Positions 48,017-61,590 of a DNA stretch of 64,000 bases are shown here, piece by piece. Both the position numbers and the translations under genes were made by a program. The stretch's first letter is position 1. The number at the start of each line of letters is the position of its first letter. Source of the DNA: Azolla caroliniana (lineage: Eukaryota > Plantae > Polypodiophyta); contig JBHGNT010000001.1 in NCBI GenBank assembly GCA_043228905.1, positions 18,724,001-18,788,000 of the forward strand. The letters run 5' to 3'. The notes beneath the pieces are model-generated. The model was not told the DNA's origin. It saw only the letters and a program-made list of their open reading frames with translations, and searched no databases.

Positions 48017-51000
48017 TGTTGGCATAAAAGGCCGACTCCTTCCAAATTGTATTTGTCCGAGTGTGAACTCGTTAATACTCGTTAATAAGTTAGGGCTTAG
48101 TATATAAGTGAATACCTAACATTGTAATGAAAGATGACGAGAAGAGTATTGCATCTCTGAGCTAGAACGAAGTAATGAGAAGCTTTCCATTAAAGCTCGA
48201 TCGACTGTCTAAGTCTCGATTCACTGTATTTTCTGTGTGTTGTTTTCTGTGCATGTTGAGAATCAAGCTCAACTTGGTCTAGTGTGTGAACTCACCTTGA
48301 GAGTGAATAGACACTCCAACGTTCAAGAGTCACCATTATGTCACCACTTTGTATTCTAGCATTTGGTATGAATCATAGAATCATATTCTATGACACATAG
48401 CTTATGAGCTTTCACATTCCCCATGCTCCATGAGTCTTTTAGTTAATGAAGAGAGAGGGTGACTATATAAAGCACCCTCCTCCCACCTTGTATAATGTTG
48501 AGTCTTTCTCCTTTGTTAATATACTTTACCTTGCGTATTCTTTGTGTCTTACTCCTTGTCTCTCTCTCTCTCACACTCTCTCTCTCATAAACACACACAG
48601 TTCATATCTATTCCGCTACACAAAATCCATCTCTTGATTCTTTACATGGTATCATAGCAGTTTGGTAGCTCCATCTAGCCCATCCGCGTGTGTTGAGCTC
48701 TACGCCGATGTTCAAGAAGAACCAACTCATCGCTATCGTAGCTTCACTACATAGCCCGCATTCGAAGAGAGAAGAAGAAGAGGAAGAAGAATAGACATAA
48801 TGAATACTCAAATGGGGAGCGCTCTCCCTACCGAGAAGTTGGATCAAAATAACTTCGCATCTTGGGAGTACAAGATGCACCAATACCTTGTCGGACAAGG
48901 CTATTGGAGCTACATCAAAGGAGCGCACGAAGACCGACCCATCGAAATGGCTCCCAGATATGCAACATGGGAGTAAGCCGCAAGCCTCCTGATGTATTGC
49001 TTGGAGACATGTGTTCACGATCACATGCTTGGCTACATTCGCAAAGCCAAGACGCCAAAGGAGGCATGGGAAAATCTACGAAAGATTTTCGCGGCGAACA
49101 GAACCGCAAGAAGGGTTCAACTCCACTGAGAGTTGAACAACATTCAACAAAGGGACATGTCCATCACGACATACACCTTGAAGATCAAGGAGGTTTGCGA
49201 CTCGCTCGGCTCGATAAGCGTAAATATCGATGATGATGAGATGGTGCAAATATGCCTCGGCGGCCTCACACCACGGTTCGGTACGATGCGAACTGCCGTT
49301 CTAGCAAGGGAGAAATCTCCCTCCTTCTTCGAGCTCCAATCAATGCTATTGGTCGAAGACAACCACGTGGGTACAAGGAGCAATGAGTCGGAAGGCCACA
49401 TGCTCTACATGCACTCAAATTGAGGAAGAGGATGCGGACGAGCGAGAGGCCGATTCGGCCAAGGATAAGGCGGACGAGGTCCGACCTACGACAACAACTC
49501 CCAATTTCGGCCACAAAACAGAAGCCAACGAGGAACCTTCGCAAGAAGGGGGAGCTTCCACTCCGGCCCAAGCCGTCAAAACGCAACCGAATGCAGACAT
49601 TGCGGAAAGCTTGGCCACCACGAAGAAGAGTGCCGAAAGAAGATGCGCGAATCGGCTTCCACAAGCTAACAACTCACAAATTATGTGCACAATTCCGACT
49701 ACGAAGAGTATAGCGGAATGTACGGGCATAACTCCGACTACAAAGATCGTGGCGGAATGTATGCACACAACTCCGACCGTGGCGGAATGTTCATGATGAA
49801 ACATAGAGCAAACTCTATGTCGGCCTCTACCTCAACTAGTGCCCTCAATCCGGAGGACGTATGGTTTGTTGACTCCAGAGCCTCAAACCATATGACATCT
49901 CATAAAGAATGGTTTCTCGAACTTCGAGAGACGGAGCAACCCGGTTATGTTGAAACCGGAGATGACACTACGCACCCGATTCAGCACATCGGCAAGGTTC
50001 CGTTCGACGAAAGAGGTAAGCAAACATACATTAAAAATGTCTTGTATGTTCACACCATCACGAAGAACTTGGCCTCAGTTGGCCAAATGGTTGAGCAAGG
50101 GATGCAAGTATGATTCGACCAAGAAGGGTGCTTCATCGAAAAAGAGGGCTGAATCATTGCGTGCGGAAGAAGAGAGGGCCGGATGTTCATTCTCGATTCA
50201 CACGAGATGAAATCCGCCATGTTCACAAAAAGCACGAAAGGCGACTCCTACATAGAGCTATGGCACAAGCGAATCGGCCACATCAATCTCAACAAACTCA
50301 AAGAAATGAAATCAAAAGGAGTCGTCATCAAACTCCCGACATTCAAAGAGAAGGAGATTGAAGGTGTATGCGAAGCGTGCCAATTCGGCAAGGAACACCG
50401 ACACCCATTCCCGAAAGAGCGGAACGTGAGCAAAGGTCTACTTGACATAGTCCATTCCAACGTATGGGGATCGGCGCAGATGGCTACATTCGGCGGATGC
50501 CGATATTACGTGCTCTTCATCAACGGCTTCTCTAGGCACACGTGGCTCTATCCGATGCGGCAAAAGAGCGAAGTGTTCGAACACTTCCAAAGGTTTAAAA
50601 ACGAAGTCGAAAAAGCCACCGGTCGTCATGTACGATGCCTTCGATCGGATGGCGGCAAGGAGTACTTCTCGAACGATTTCACGGCGTATCTCCGAAAGGA
50701 AGGAATTCGGTGAGAATTCACTTGCCGACACACTCCGCAACAAAACGGAATAGCCAAGCACAAAAATTGGCACATCCTCGAAGTAGCGCGGGCCATGATG
50801 AACGAGAAGCATATGCCCAAGTCATATTGGGCTGAAGCTGCAAATACGGCCGGTTACCTAATGAACTGGTGCACAACATCCGGAGTGCACGAGGTCATTC
50901 CGCATGAAAAATACTTCGGATATTCGGCGCGATAACATACGTGCACATACCCGACGAAAAGCGGCCAAAGCTAGATCCAAAGTCGGAGAAATGTATCCTC

Positions 51001-53695
51001 GTAGGATACTCACTCGAACAAAAGGGGTACAAATGCTATAACCTATCTACCCAAAAAGTTCGAGTAAGTTGAGACGTCGTGTTCGATGAATCCGAATCCT
51101 GGTATGCACCAGAGAAGATTCCGACTTCGACCCTGATCGACGCAGAACCGGCCGAACAAGAGCGAGAAGGTGGAGATCTCCTCGAAGACATGTTCGAAGC
51201 TAGCTTGATTACCACAAGGCTAAGTGGGCCACAAGAGCCCTCGAGCGATCAAAGCACATCACAGCCTAGCCCGAAGATGGACAAAGGCAAGGCAAAAATG
51301 ACGGAATACGAAGATGATGAGTCGACTCACTCACTCGACAGTGAGTTCGGCGGCTTCGATGTACCAATCGGAACTAAGAAAGTCCTCATCTCTGCAAATG
51401 AAAAGCTCTATCACTCCACCGGTGAAAAGAATTTGATCAGCCGATTTGGCTACAACGACTACATGGCATATCACTATGCCTTTATGATGAAGGTGGCGAC
51501 ATTACGCGAGTCGGAAACATTTTCCGAAGCAGCCAAGGATCCGCGATGGATCGAAGCCATGAACGAGGAGATGTAGGCACTACTCAAGAACGAGACGTGG
51601 GATCTCGTTCCCACCTCACCACACAAAAAGGCAATCAGATGTAGATGGATTTACAAAGTGAAGTACAACGCCAACAGTTCCGTCAACCGCTACAAAGCGT
51701 GACTCGTAGCGAAAGGCTACGCCCAAACGCATGGAGTTGACTACAAGGAGACCTTTGCCCCGGTGGCAAATATGACGACAGTACAGACCGTAATTGCACT
51801 TGCTGTGGCGAAAGGGTGGCACCTGCATCAAATGGACGTTAAGAACACCTTTCTACAAGGAGAATGAGAAGAGGTGGTGTACATGATACAACCACCCGGC
51901 TTCAACTTGAGCACCCATCTGACAGTTATCCGGCCGGTCTCCTTAGCCAATTCATGCAAACACCGCGTGATACTCACTTGGATTGCGTTAAAGGAGTTCT
52001 ACGATACGTGAGCGGCACAATGGATTGCGACATCCTCTACAAGACCCCGATGCCAATACGACTCGAGGGGTACACAGACGCCGATTGGGTCGGCTACAAA
52101 GCCGATAGAAGATCAACCTCTGGCTTTGTTTTTTCCCTCGACAGTAGAGCAATATCCTGGAGCAGCAAAAAGCAACCAACCGTCGCTCTTTCAAGCACAG
52201 AGGCGGAATAAAGGGGCACGAAAGTGGCCGCATGTGAAGCCGTATGGCTCAAAAGGATACTCAAGGATCTGGGCGTACCCATAAAGGATATGACTTCCCT
52301 TTACTGTGACAACATGAGCAGTATCTATCTGGCTCGGAACCCAGTGTTTCAAGCAGGGACAAAGCACATCGAAGTGCACTATCACTTCATCCGAGAGCGC
52401 GTTCTAGCTGGCGATGTCGACCTACAACACATTAGCACAAATCTTCAAATGGCCGACATCTTCACTAAAGCCTTAAGAGCCGACAAGCTATGGCAATTAA
52501 TGACCGATCTCGGATTGACGATCCCTGACCTACCAAATGTGCTTTAGGACTAGAAAACCTTTATTTTGGAATCCTCTGGTGCGAACAAGTGATGACATGA
52601 TGTTAGGGCAGCTTAAGGGCCTGGCATGGGGAAAGTTGGCGCAGACAGGGCTTCACTCTATAGACGATTGGAGACGCATGGTTTCTCCAAGGGGACGCCA
52701 GGAGGACCCATTCCCTCCCCTCAAGGGAGCTATGAAAATGCGGAGACTAATAATTGAGGCAGTTGATAGGGTTCCAATGGGGGATGTGCGAGAAGATGCA
52801 TGGTTCGGTCTCTTTGATGAGGCTAGAATGGTTAAGTTGGTGAATGGTGTGAGTGGATCAGGAAGAGATACATTTTTTGGGGAGAGGTAGAGTAGGGGCA
52901 CTTGGCACCCAGTTCGAGTGGTGGCGGAGGTTGATAACATCTGGAAGATAGGCCTAGATGTTACTAAGGTGGAACCCCATTAGAAGTTATGGGTATATGG
53001 TTCTTGTCCCCTCGTTGAACTAGAATGGGACCCAAGGGATTTCAGGTGGAAACATGGTGGCAAACTCTACCACTTCTTCGAATATAGCACTAAATTGAGG
53101 CGGACTTTACAACTACAGCTCGATGGTCCCCTTCGTAATGGATGGCGATCACTGGGCATCCCTAACGAGGTGCTCATTACCTTTTGGAATGGTCTCTGGC
53201 GTCTCCACATGCCTGAAAAAATCAAGCTCTTTTGATGGTAGATTGGTCATAATGTGGTTCCCGTTGGCGAATGGCTAGGTAAAAGTGGGGGCCCGATAGG
53301 TTGCCCACTTTGCTCTTCACCTATTGAGTCTCTAAGACATTGTCTTTGGGATTTCCCTCAAGCTCAAAAGGTATGGGATAGAGTCACTTGCCTCCTTGCG
53401 GCATGTGATGTGGATGGAATAGCATCGTGGAGTGTTGCAGCATGGATTGACCACTCGGCTGATAGGTGGACATACGCCTTCAATGCAGATAGTTGGTGCT
53501 ATGTATGCACGAGAGGCAAAATCGTCAAGATCCGCTTCGAGAGAGCTTTGTTGTTCGCATCCCCTAGGTTCCTGGAAATTTGGAGGTTGATCGGAGGGTT
53601 CATCTTGTGGTATGTCTAGAAAGCACGATGCTTCAAGGTTTTCCAAGATCTGGTACAACCCCTAGAGGAAGTGATCATGGATATATGGTTCGCGT

Positions 53696-55066
53696 TGTCG
53701 TGTGGTTTTTCACACACGATATGAAAACTAGTAAAATAATTATTTACGATTAGCTTAATATATGGATATGGAAAGATAGATGTGTTCAAGAGCTTCATAG
53801 CGTATTTTACTACGCATAAAACTGATAAACAAGTATCAAGTTATGTGAGTGTGAAGTTTAAAGAAAAGAAAAGACAAGACAAAACTGTGAGATATCTCAC
53901 ATAGATAGGACAACATTGGAACCCAGAATATATAAGGGAAACCAAAACATATTCATTCTATCAATGTGTGGAGCATAGAATGTTCAAGGTGACTTGGGCT
54001 ACACTATGTGGTGTGCACGCTTCGGGCATACGCGTGTATGCATGAAATGCTTCGAGCATACGCGCGTGTGCATGGCCGTGTGGACGTTTTCGAACGTACG
54101 CGTGCATGGACGTCTTCGGATGTACGCGTGTGTGCAAGTTTCGGGCATACACGTGAACGTTTCGGACACGCTTCGGGCATACGCGTGTATGCATGAAACG
54201 GTTCGAGCGTATGTGCGTGTGCATGGCCGCATGGACGTTTTCAAACGTACGCGCGCATGGACGTCTTCGGATGTACGCGCGTGTGCAAGTTTCGAGCGTA
54301 CGCGTGGATGTTTCGGACGGATGCGTATGTGTGCACGCGTGTGTGCGCACGCGTGGATGCGTACACTACGGCGCGGTTGAGACTTTTGTGCGTGGATGCG
54401 TACACTACGGCGCGGTCGGGACGCACGTACGGATTGCGCACGAGCTAAACTTTATGGATGATTGTGTCATTTGGCCGAATTATACGGACAATCACATGCA
54501 ACCAAAAGCCAAGGCCATGCAACTAAAAGTAAAAGGCATGCATCTAAAAATGGAAGTATGCAACTAAAAGCAGAGGTCATACAACTAAAAATAGAGGCCA
54601 TCCAACTAAAAGTGGGGATGCAAAGTAAAATTGGGGAGGAGGATCAACGAGGAGCTCGATATATGTGCCATTTTTTCCCTCTTAGTTTTTTTCCCCCTTC
54701 TTTCTTCTTCCCTCTCGGATTCGAGAAACAATTTATCTCACATATTGATATCAAACTCCTAGCTTTGTTTACTTGATCTTTCTTGTCAAAAATTATCTCT
54801 CGTATTCATATCGGACCACTCCTTGCATGGTTGTTGGCTCCTTTCTTTGAAAAACTAATCTCTCATTTCCATACCCAACCCATTGTAACACGATTCTGAA
54901 ATTATTAAGAATCGATTTTCTTTTGCAATAAACTAATGATTTGTCTCTCCCACTTGTCTTATGCTTAAAACTTGCTTGTGTTGTACATGTTGCTCTAAAT
55001 CCTTCTAGTCCAGAACCCCCCCGGTTTTGTCTCACGATCCGCACATAGTGATGGATTTTCATGACA
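53696..55066 (+). mobile_element. 1371-bp solo-LTR-like insert, TGTCG...TGACA, 4-bp TSD GCGT/GCGC
   Basis: Removal restores the LINE frame W-F-A-L-I-S; same 26-nt terminal hairpin layout as 29029. Confidence 0.78.
54016..54440. repeat. CG-rich purine/pyrimidine-alternating repeat with a 151-bp higher-order period
   Basis: cacgcttcgggcatacgcgtgtatgcatgaaa at 54016 and 54167; about 30-bp subunits. Confidence 0.8.
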
Positions 55067-55434
55067 GCGCTTATCAGCTGCCTACGAGGGCAATTGGACG
55101 AGGTTTGCAACCACTCCAATGATGTGGCCACTGCCCAGTTGCGCTTTTGGCAGAAATGGCAGAACACGCCTATGGTGACGCTAGGAGAAAGTGGCCCGAG
55201 GTGGAACTACTAGCCCACACGCTGGTTTTTTCCTTTTCACATTCCTCCCTCCCTTCGTTATAGGCCCCAGGAGTTGGCTCATACTGACCGACACTAAAGG
55301 CCATTGCTTTTAGTTATAAGTATCTACTTACTTTAGGTAGTCGGTTTGAAAAACTATGTAAGTAGTCTTTAGGACTAGACAACCTTTATTTTGGAATCCT
55401 CTGGTGCGAACAAGTGATGACATGATGTTAGGGC

Positions 55435-56246
55435 GTACTAAAGACACTACACAATAATGCGTGGATTCCTCAATCGCGCAACGAAGAAGACACTACGCAA
55501 TAACGCATGGATTCCGCAATCGCGCAACGAAGAAGACACTACGCAATAACACGTGGATTCCGCTACCGCGCAACGAAGCCGCGAAGAGCCGATCTACCGC
55601 GCAAAGCCACGAAGAAAGACGCAAGCCGAAGCACAGACTTCGCAACTATGCACAACGCAAGCTGGAGCACGGATTCTAGAACTCCGCATAAATGTGAGTC
55701 AACGCGGACTCCAGAACGTGAGTCAAAGCGGATTTCGGATACCGTCTAAAACAGACCCGACTTGAGTTTGAGCTAATGTGTTGTAGGTCGACATCGCCGC
55801 GTTCTAGCTGGCGATGTCGACCTACAACACATTAGCACAAATCTTCAAATGGCCGACATCTTCACTAAAGCCTTAAGAGCCGACAAGCTATGGCAATTCA
55901 TGACCGATCTCGGATTGACGATCCCTGACCTACCAAGCTTGAGGGGGAGTATTAAAGACACTACACAATAACACGTGGATTCCGCAATCGCGCAACGAAG
56001 AAGACACTACGCAATAACACGTGGATTCCGCAACCGCGCAACGAAGCCGCGAAGAGCCGATCTACCGCGCAAAGCCACGAAGAAAGACGCAAGCCGAAGC
56101 ACAGACTTCGCAACTATGCACAACGCAAGCTGGAGCACGGATCCCGGAACTCCGCATAAATGCGAGTCAACGCGGACTCCAGAACGTGAGTCAAAGCGGA
56201 TTTCGGATACCGTTTGAAACAGACCCGACTTGAGTTTGAGGGGGCG
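55435..56246 (+). repeat. Duplicated 3' region of E joined by a 27-bp fold-back; 46-bp minisatellite
   Basis: 55435-55772 resembles 55949-56240; 55799-55936 copies 52399-52536; inverted arms 55772-55798 and 55810-55836. Confidence 0.88.
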
Positions 56247-56795
56247 TGTTGAGAATCAAGCTCAACCTGGTCTAGTGTGTGAACTCACCTTGAGAGTGAA
56301 TAGACACTCCAATGGTCAAGAGTCACCATTATGTCACCACTTTGTATTCTAGCATTTAGTATGCGTCATAGAATCATATTCTATGACACATAACTTATGA
56401 GCTTTCACATTCCCCATGCTCTATGAGTCTTGTAGTTAATGAAGAGAGTGGGTGACTATATAAAGCATCGTCCTCCCACCTTGTATAATATTGAGTCTTT
56501 CTCCTTTGTTAATATATTTTACCTTGCGTATTCTTTGTGTCTTACTCCTTGTCTCTCTCTCTCTCTCATATACACACACACATTTCATATCTATTTTGCT
56601 GCACAAAATCCATCTCTTGATTCTTTACAGTGCATAACCAGACAGGTCCGCAAACGTTTTCTACATACGTATACATAGATATGCACAGTTTCGACAACTG
56701 GTATTAGAGCGACCTTGCTGCACGGCGGCAACAGACAACAGGAGAAAGTTGAGTGGAAAAGGCGAGGTTAGAAATCTTACTTTCATAAAAGGAAT

Positions 56796-59700
56796 ATGGC
56801 TTCAACATCTGGAACAAGAGTTGAAATCAGAAAGTTCGACGGCAAAATTTTTGCCCTATGGAAGGAGATGATGCAGGATGTGCTGATCATCCGAAGACAG
56901 GTTGAAGCCATTCAGCACAACGAAAAGCTTGCTTTGATGACAACAGAAGAGTGGAGGTCAATGGACGAAATAACACGATCCACCATCCGGATGCACCTAG
57001 CCGAAAACGGCTACTTCAGCACGACGAAAGAGATGACAATGTTCTCATTGTGGGAGAAACTTCAGGTCATCTATGAGAAGAAGTCCTCATCTTCGAAACT
57101 GATCTTGATCAAACAACTGTTCAACATGAAGATGAGAGAGACCGATCCGGCAACCTCCCACATCAACACCTTCAGTCAGGTGTTGTCTGAGCTCTCATCA
57201 CAACTTAGAAGGGTTCAACTTCGAAGAAGAAGTGAAAGCCCTTGCCTTCCTGTCAAGCTTGCCGGCGAGTTGGGAGGTATTCTGCACGACATACGCCAAT
57301 AGTCGACCGATCCTAAACTTAGACGAAACAATCGGCCAAGTCCTCACAGAGGATATTAGGCGAAAAGCAATGGGACTAACCATCGATGAGTCGGCAGAAA
57401 CCCATCACTCGACTGAGTCGTTCGATCGACAGAATCGAAAGAAAGAATAAGCCGACAAAACCGATCGACGCTACAGCCGATTGAAAACAAGGGGGGACTG
57501 ACAACGGTCGAAGTCGAAAACGGGCCGAACAAGTGAGTACTGTACACATTGCAAGAAAGCTGGCCACAATGTTTCCAACTGTTGGTCAATAAAAAGAAAA
57601 GAGAGTGGTCGGTGATCCGAGCGGAATCGGGGACGTTCTGACTTGGACCACTCTCCAGTCGGCAACCAGATCAATGTTGCCGACACCTGATCCGAAGAAA
57701 TCCTCTCCCTAGAGGATTCGATGATCAGAGAAATCCTCTATAGTGCACAAGCTGCACATACGTGGTTACTAGACTTTGGTGCCACATTTCACGTGACCCC
57801 CAACATCGAATGGTTTTCGAACTATTCAACCGACGCCAACGACATAGTCCGACTAGGCAATGGGCAGGAGTGCAAGATTGCAGGAACTGGAGAAGTTCCC
57901 ATCAGATTGCCAAATGACAACATCATAACCCTACACCAAGTTCGGTGGGTACCCGATTTGAAGAGGAGTCTGGTCTCCATCGGCATGTTAGCCGAAGACG
58001 GGTACAAAACGACTCTACACGAGTCAACATGGTTGATCAGCCGAGGAAACCTCAAAAACGGTAGTGGGCACAAGTATAATAATCTATACCCATTGATGGC
58101 GATCAACCCTAAAGGGGCTGTGAACGTAGCTGAAAAGACCACCCTGAACCTATGGCATGGCTGACTTGGCCACATGTCTCAAGCCGGACTTGATTGGCTG
58201 ATGTCGGTCGACTACATCCCGAAACTCCAAGCGAAGATGGACTTCTGTGAGCATTGTTGATATGGGAAATAGACCCAAACTCCGCACTCTCTCCACTACG
58301 AGATAGTACGACAACCCCTAGAGCTCGTGCACACAGACATATGTGGGCCCATGCTAGAGCGATCACCAGGAGGCTCCTAGTACTTCATCAAGTCCAAAGA
58401 TGACTGTACATGAAAATTTTGGGCATACTCCATCAAGTCCAAAGATGAAGCGCTCGAGGTCTTCACTCGATGGATATCTGAAGTGGAGAACTGGTCGGGA
58501 CACAGAGTGAAGAAACTTCGATCCGACAATGGAGGTGAGTACACCTCCAAAGCCGGATTGAAGCTGGAATTCTGGGCTGAGGCATTGCAGATGACAGTGT
58601 ACCTGATAAATCTGGCGTCATCAAGAGCAATCAGGCTCGAAGTGCCACAGGCACTATGGTCAGGCAAACAACTGATCTACGATAGGCTCCGTATATTCGA
58701 ATGGGAGGCCTACGCCTTCATCCCCAGGGAAAAAAGGACGAAGTTGGCACCCCATGCAACAAAGTGCATATTTCTTAGTTATGGAACCGATGGGGACTTC
58801 GGCTACCGGGTATGGGACCTTGAGAACCGGAAATTGATCCGGAGCAGCGACGTAGTCTTCAATGAAGACTCTATCTTCTCTCAACGGAACCAACAGAAAA
58901 CAGTTGGTAAGAAGGTATCCTTCGAAGATGACAACACTGTTGTAGAAGGATCGACCCAACGGGCCAAATCGGAGACTTGACAAATAGTCCAACTCCAACA
59001 AATTGCCAACTTCCCTGTTGTCACCGAATCGGCAACAAGTCCTAACGTCGAACTCAAAGACAAAGCCATTAGAGACACAACCGAATCGACAAGAGTCGAC
59101 AAAGGCAGAGTCACTAAGAGGTGTTAGGATCTCGGTCCCTCCAGATGGGATACGAAGGCCAGACAATGGAAGACCCTGGTGAGAACCAGATGTGGAGTAC
59201 TCGGCAACGGAAGACCCAATGAGAACCGGATGATGAGTACCCGACAAGGAAGACCCGGTGAGAACCAGATGTTGCAGGCCCGGTGAGAACCTCGCACCGG
59301 ATAAAGGGACATATATGTAGATATGTTTCTGAGAGCCCATTGTGGCTATATCTGTAAATAGTCCTAATGTCATATTAGTATAAATGTGACCTAGGGCAAA
59401 AGTGTGCGATGATTATAGTTGTTGTTATTATCTTTGTATAGTGTAATTGATTGTAACGACTGTACTGAGAGAGAGAGAGAGAGAGAGAGCGATACAGAGC
59501 ATGTCTCTGTTGTAACTGTTGCTAGGCGAAGATTGTGAGCAAGAGGTCATTGCCTCAGTGCTCCCTGTTGTACTCCTTGGCATAGTGATAGTTTGGAGTC
59601 TGTGGACTCCCGTGGTTTTTCCCTCTCAGGGTTTTCCACGTTAACATCTTGTGTATTCTCTTTCTGTTTGTGTACTTACCTCCATCCCCATTTCTTATGT

Positions 59701-61590
59701 GTTTGATTTTCATCAAGTGATCTATGCTTCGGTTGTGGCCGGAGATTATTCCGCATATTTCTCGTCAAGAGGCAAGTCAGAATCGAGTCGACAACAACCA
59801 CAAGGGAGAACAACCAGACACCGCCGAAATCCCAAACTTGGGGTGGGACACTTAACAAGACTCCTGACGCGACTGGTTCAACAAATACAAATCGTCAATC
59901 TGAACTGATCGAAGGATCTGAACCAGCTATTACGGCACCCAGGAGATCTGGACAAGCTTGATGGCAAACAGAGTTTTATCAACCGGGCCTTGACTATGTC
60001 CACTACACGGATGCAGGTGAACCACAAACGTATGATGAAGCTATGGCCGCACCGGACGCCGAAACATGGCTGCAAACCATGAAATCTGAAATGGACTAGA
60101 TTCATCAGAATAAGACATGGGAGCTGGTCGAACTACTAGTAGGAAGAAAGCCGCTACCTTGCAAATGGGTGTTCCGATACAAGTATGTCTCCGACTTAGA
60201 GAAACCCAAGTACAAATCTCGGCTTGTCGTGAAAGGATTCAAACAGGAATATGGGGTCGACTACGACGAGATATTCTCACCAGTAGTCAAGATGACCATC
60301 CTCCGACTCCTACTAGGAGTTGTGGCCACAGAAGACCTAGAGCTCGAGCAGATGGACGTCAAGACGGCATTCCTACATGAAGATCTGGACGAAGACATAT
60401 ATATGTCTCAATCGGCAGGCTTCACAGCGCCGGGGGAGGATAGTCACCTCGTATGCAGACTTAAGAAAAGTCTATATGGCCTCAAACAAGTGCCGAGGAT
60501 GTGGTACCAGAAGTTTGACTCCTACATAGGGCAGCTTGGATACATCAGATCAGACTCCGACTCATGCATGTATGTTCGGCAATTGGCCGACGAGTCCAGG
60601 ATCTATCTGATCCTATATGTCGACGACATGCTGATTGCAGGGAGCAATCAAGCAGAAATCGGTAAGTTGAAGCGGAGCCTTCACGCAAAGTTCACGATGA
60701 AGGAACTAGGACCAGCCCGACACATATTGGGCATGAGGATAGAGCGAGATCAGACGACCAAGACTCTCCGACTCTCCCAGTCTGAATACATCTGCAAGGT
60801 GCTGAAGCACTTCAACATGGAGAATGCAACACCAACACCAATACCACTTCCGACATCAATCAGACTATCAGATAGAGACTCTCCTGCAACGGACAAGGAG
60901 AGCAAGCTTAATGGAAAGATACCCTACACATCGGTAGTAGGAAGTATCATGTATGAAATGGTGGCGACCCGACCCGACCTAGCCTATGCCGTAGGGGTGG
61001 TCAACCGATACATGTTAAACCCAGGAAGGAAGCATTGGGAGGCCGTCAAGCACATCCTTAGGTATTTGAAAGGAACAACGGATGCACATTTAACTTTCGG
61101 ACTAACAACCTTAGCTGAAGTCGAAGGCTACATCGATTTCGACTATGCTGGAAATGCAGATAATCGGAAATTGACATCAGGCGACATCTTCACCTATGGT
61201 GGCGGTGCAATATCATGGAGGTCGAAACTTCAAGAGTGCACGACTCTATCTACCACAGAAGCCGAGTACATAGCATCGAAGGAAGCGATCTGGTTGCACC
61301 GACTGTTTGCTGACCTCGGAACTGCAAACCAAAAATACCGACCAACGTCGACTATCTATTGAGACTCACAGAGCGCAATACACCTCATCAACAATCTCGT
61401 CTACCATGCGAAGAAGAAGCACATTGAGGTGCGGTATCATCATATCCGGGAGCTCGTGACCGAGAAGAAACTCGAAGACCGGAAGATCGACACCAAGGTG
61501 AACATCGTTGATTGTCTGACAAAGCCACTCCCAAATCAATGCTTCGGAACACTAAGGACGAAGCTGGGGTCACGACAAGAGACTGAGCAG
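56796..61590 (+). pseudogene. Copia H gag-pol (fragmented)
   Basis: EIRKFDGKIFALWK gag, WLLDFGATFH protease, SDNGGEYTS fused directly to KAGL..FWAEA (catalytic E segment deleted), RT/RH ORF 60169-61362 with YVDDML and LSTTEAEY. Confidence 0.9.
59122..59767 (+). mobile_element. Solo LTR, family F (646 bp), in H
   Basis: TGTTAGG...CGTCA; TSD AGAGG (59117-59121, 59768-59772). Confidence 0.9.

Larger units (their letters stand above)
52542..55434 (+). mobile_element. LINE 3' fragment (zf-RVT-like region) inside E, bounded by a 68-bp direct repeat
   Basis: CPLCSSPIESLRHCLWD..AQKVW, ILWYV*KARC, DIWFAL|ISCLRGQ; 52542-52609 matches 55367-55434 with one mismatch. Confidence 0.8.
48254..56629 (+). 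mobile_element. Copia E (family of D), inserted in the 5' LTR of H
   Basis: LTRs 48254-48646 and 56247-56629; PBS at 48647; TSD GTGCA (48249-48253, 56630-56634); gag ATG at 48800; INT, RT with a central deletion near 51920, RNase H to 52536. Confidence 0.95.
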
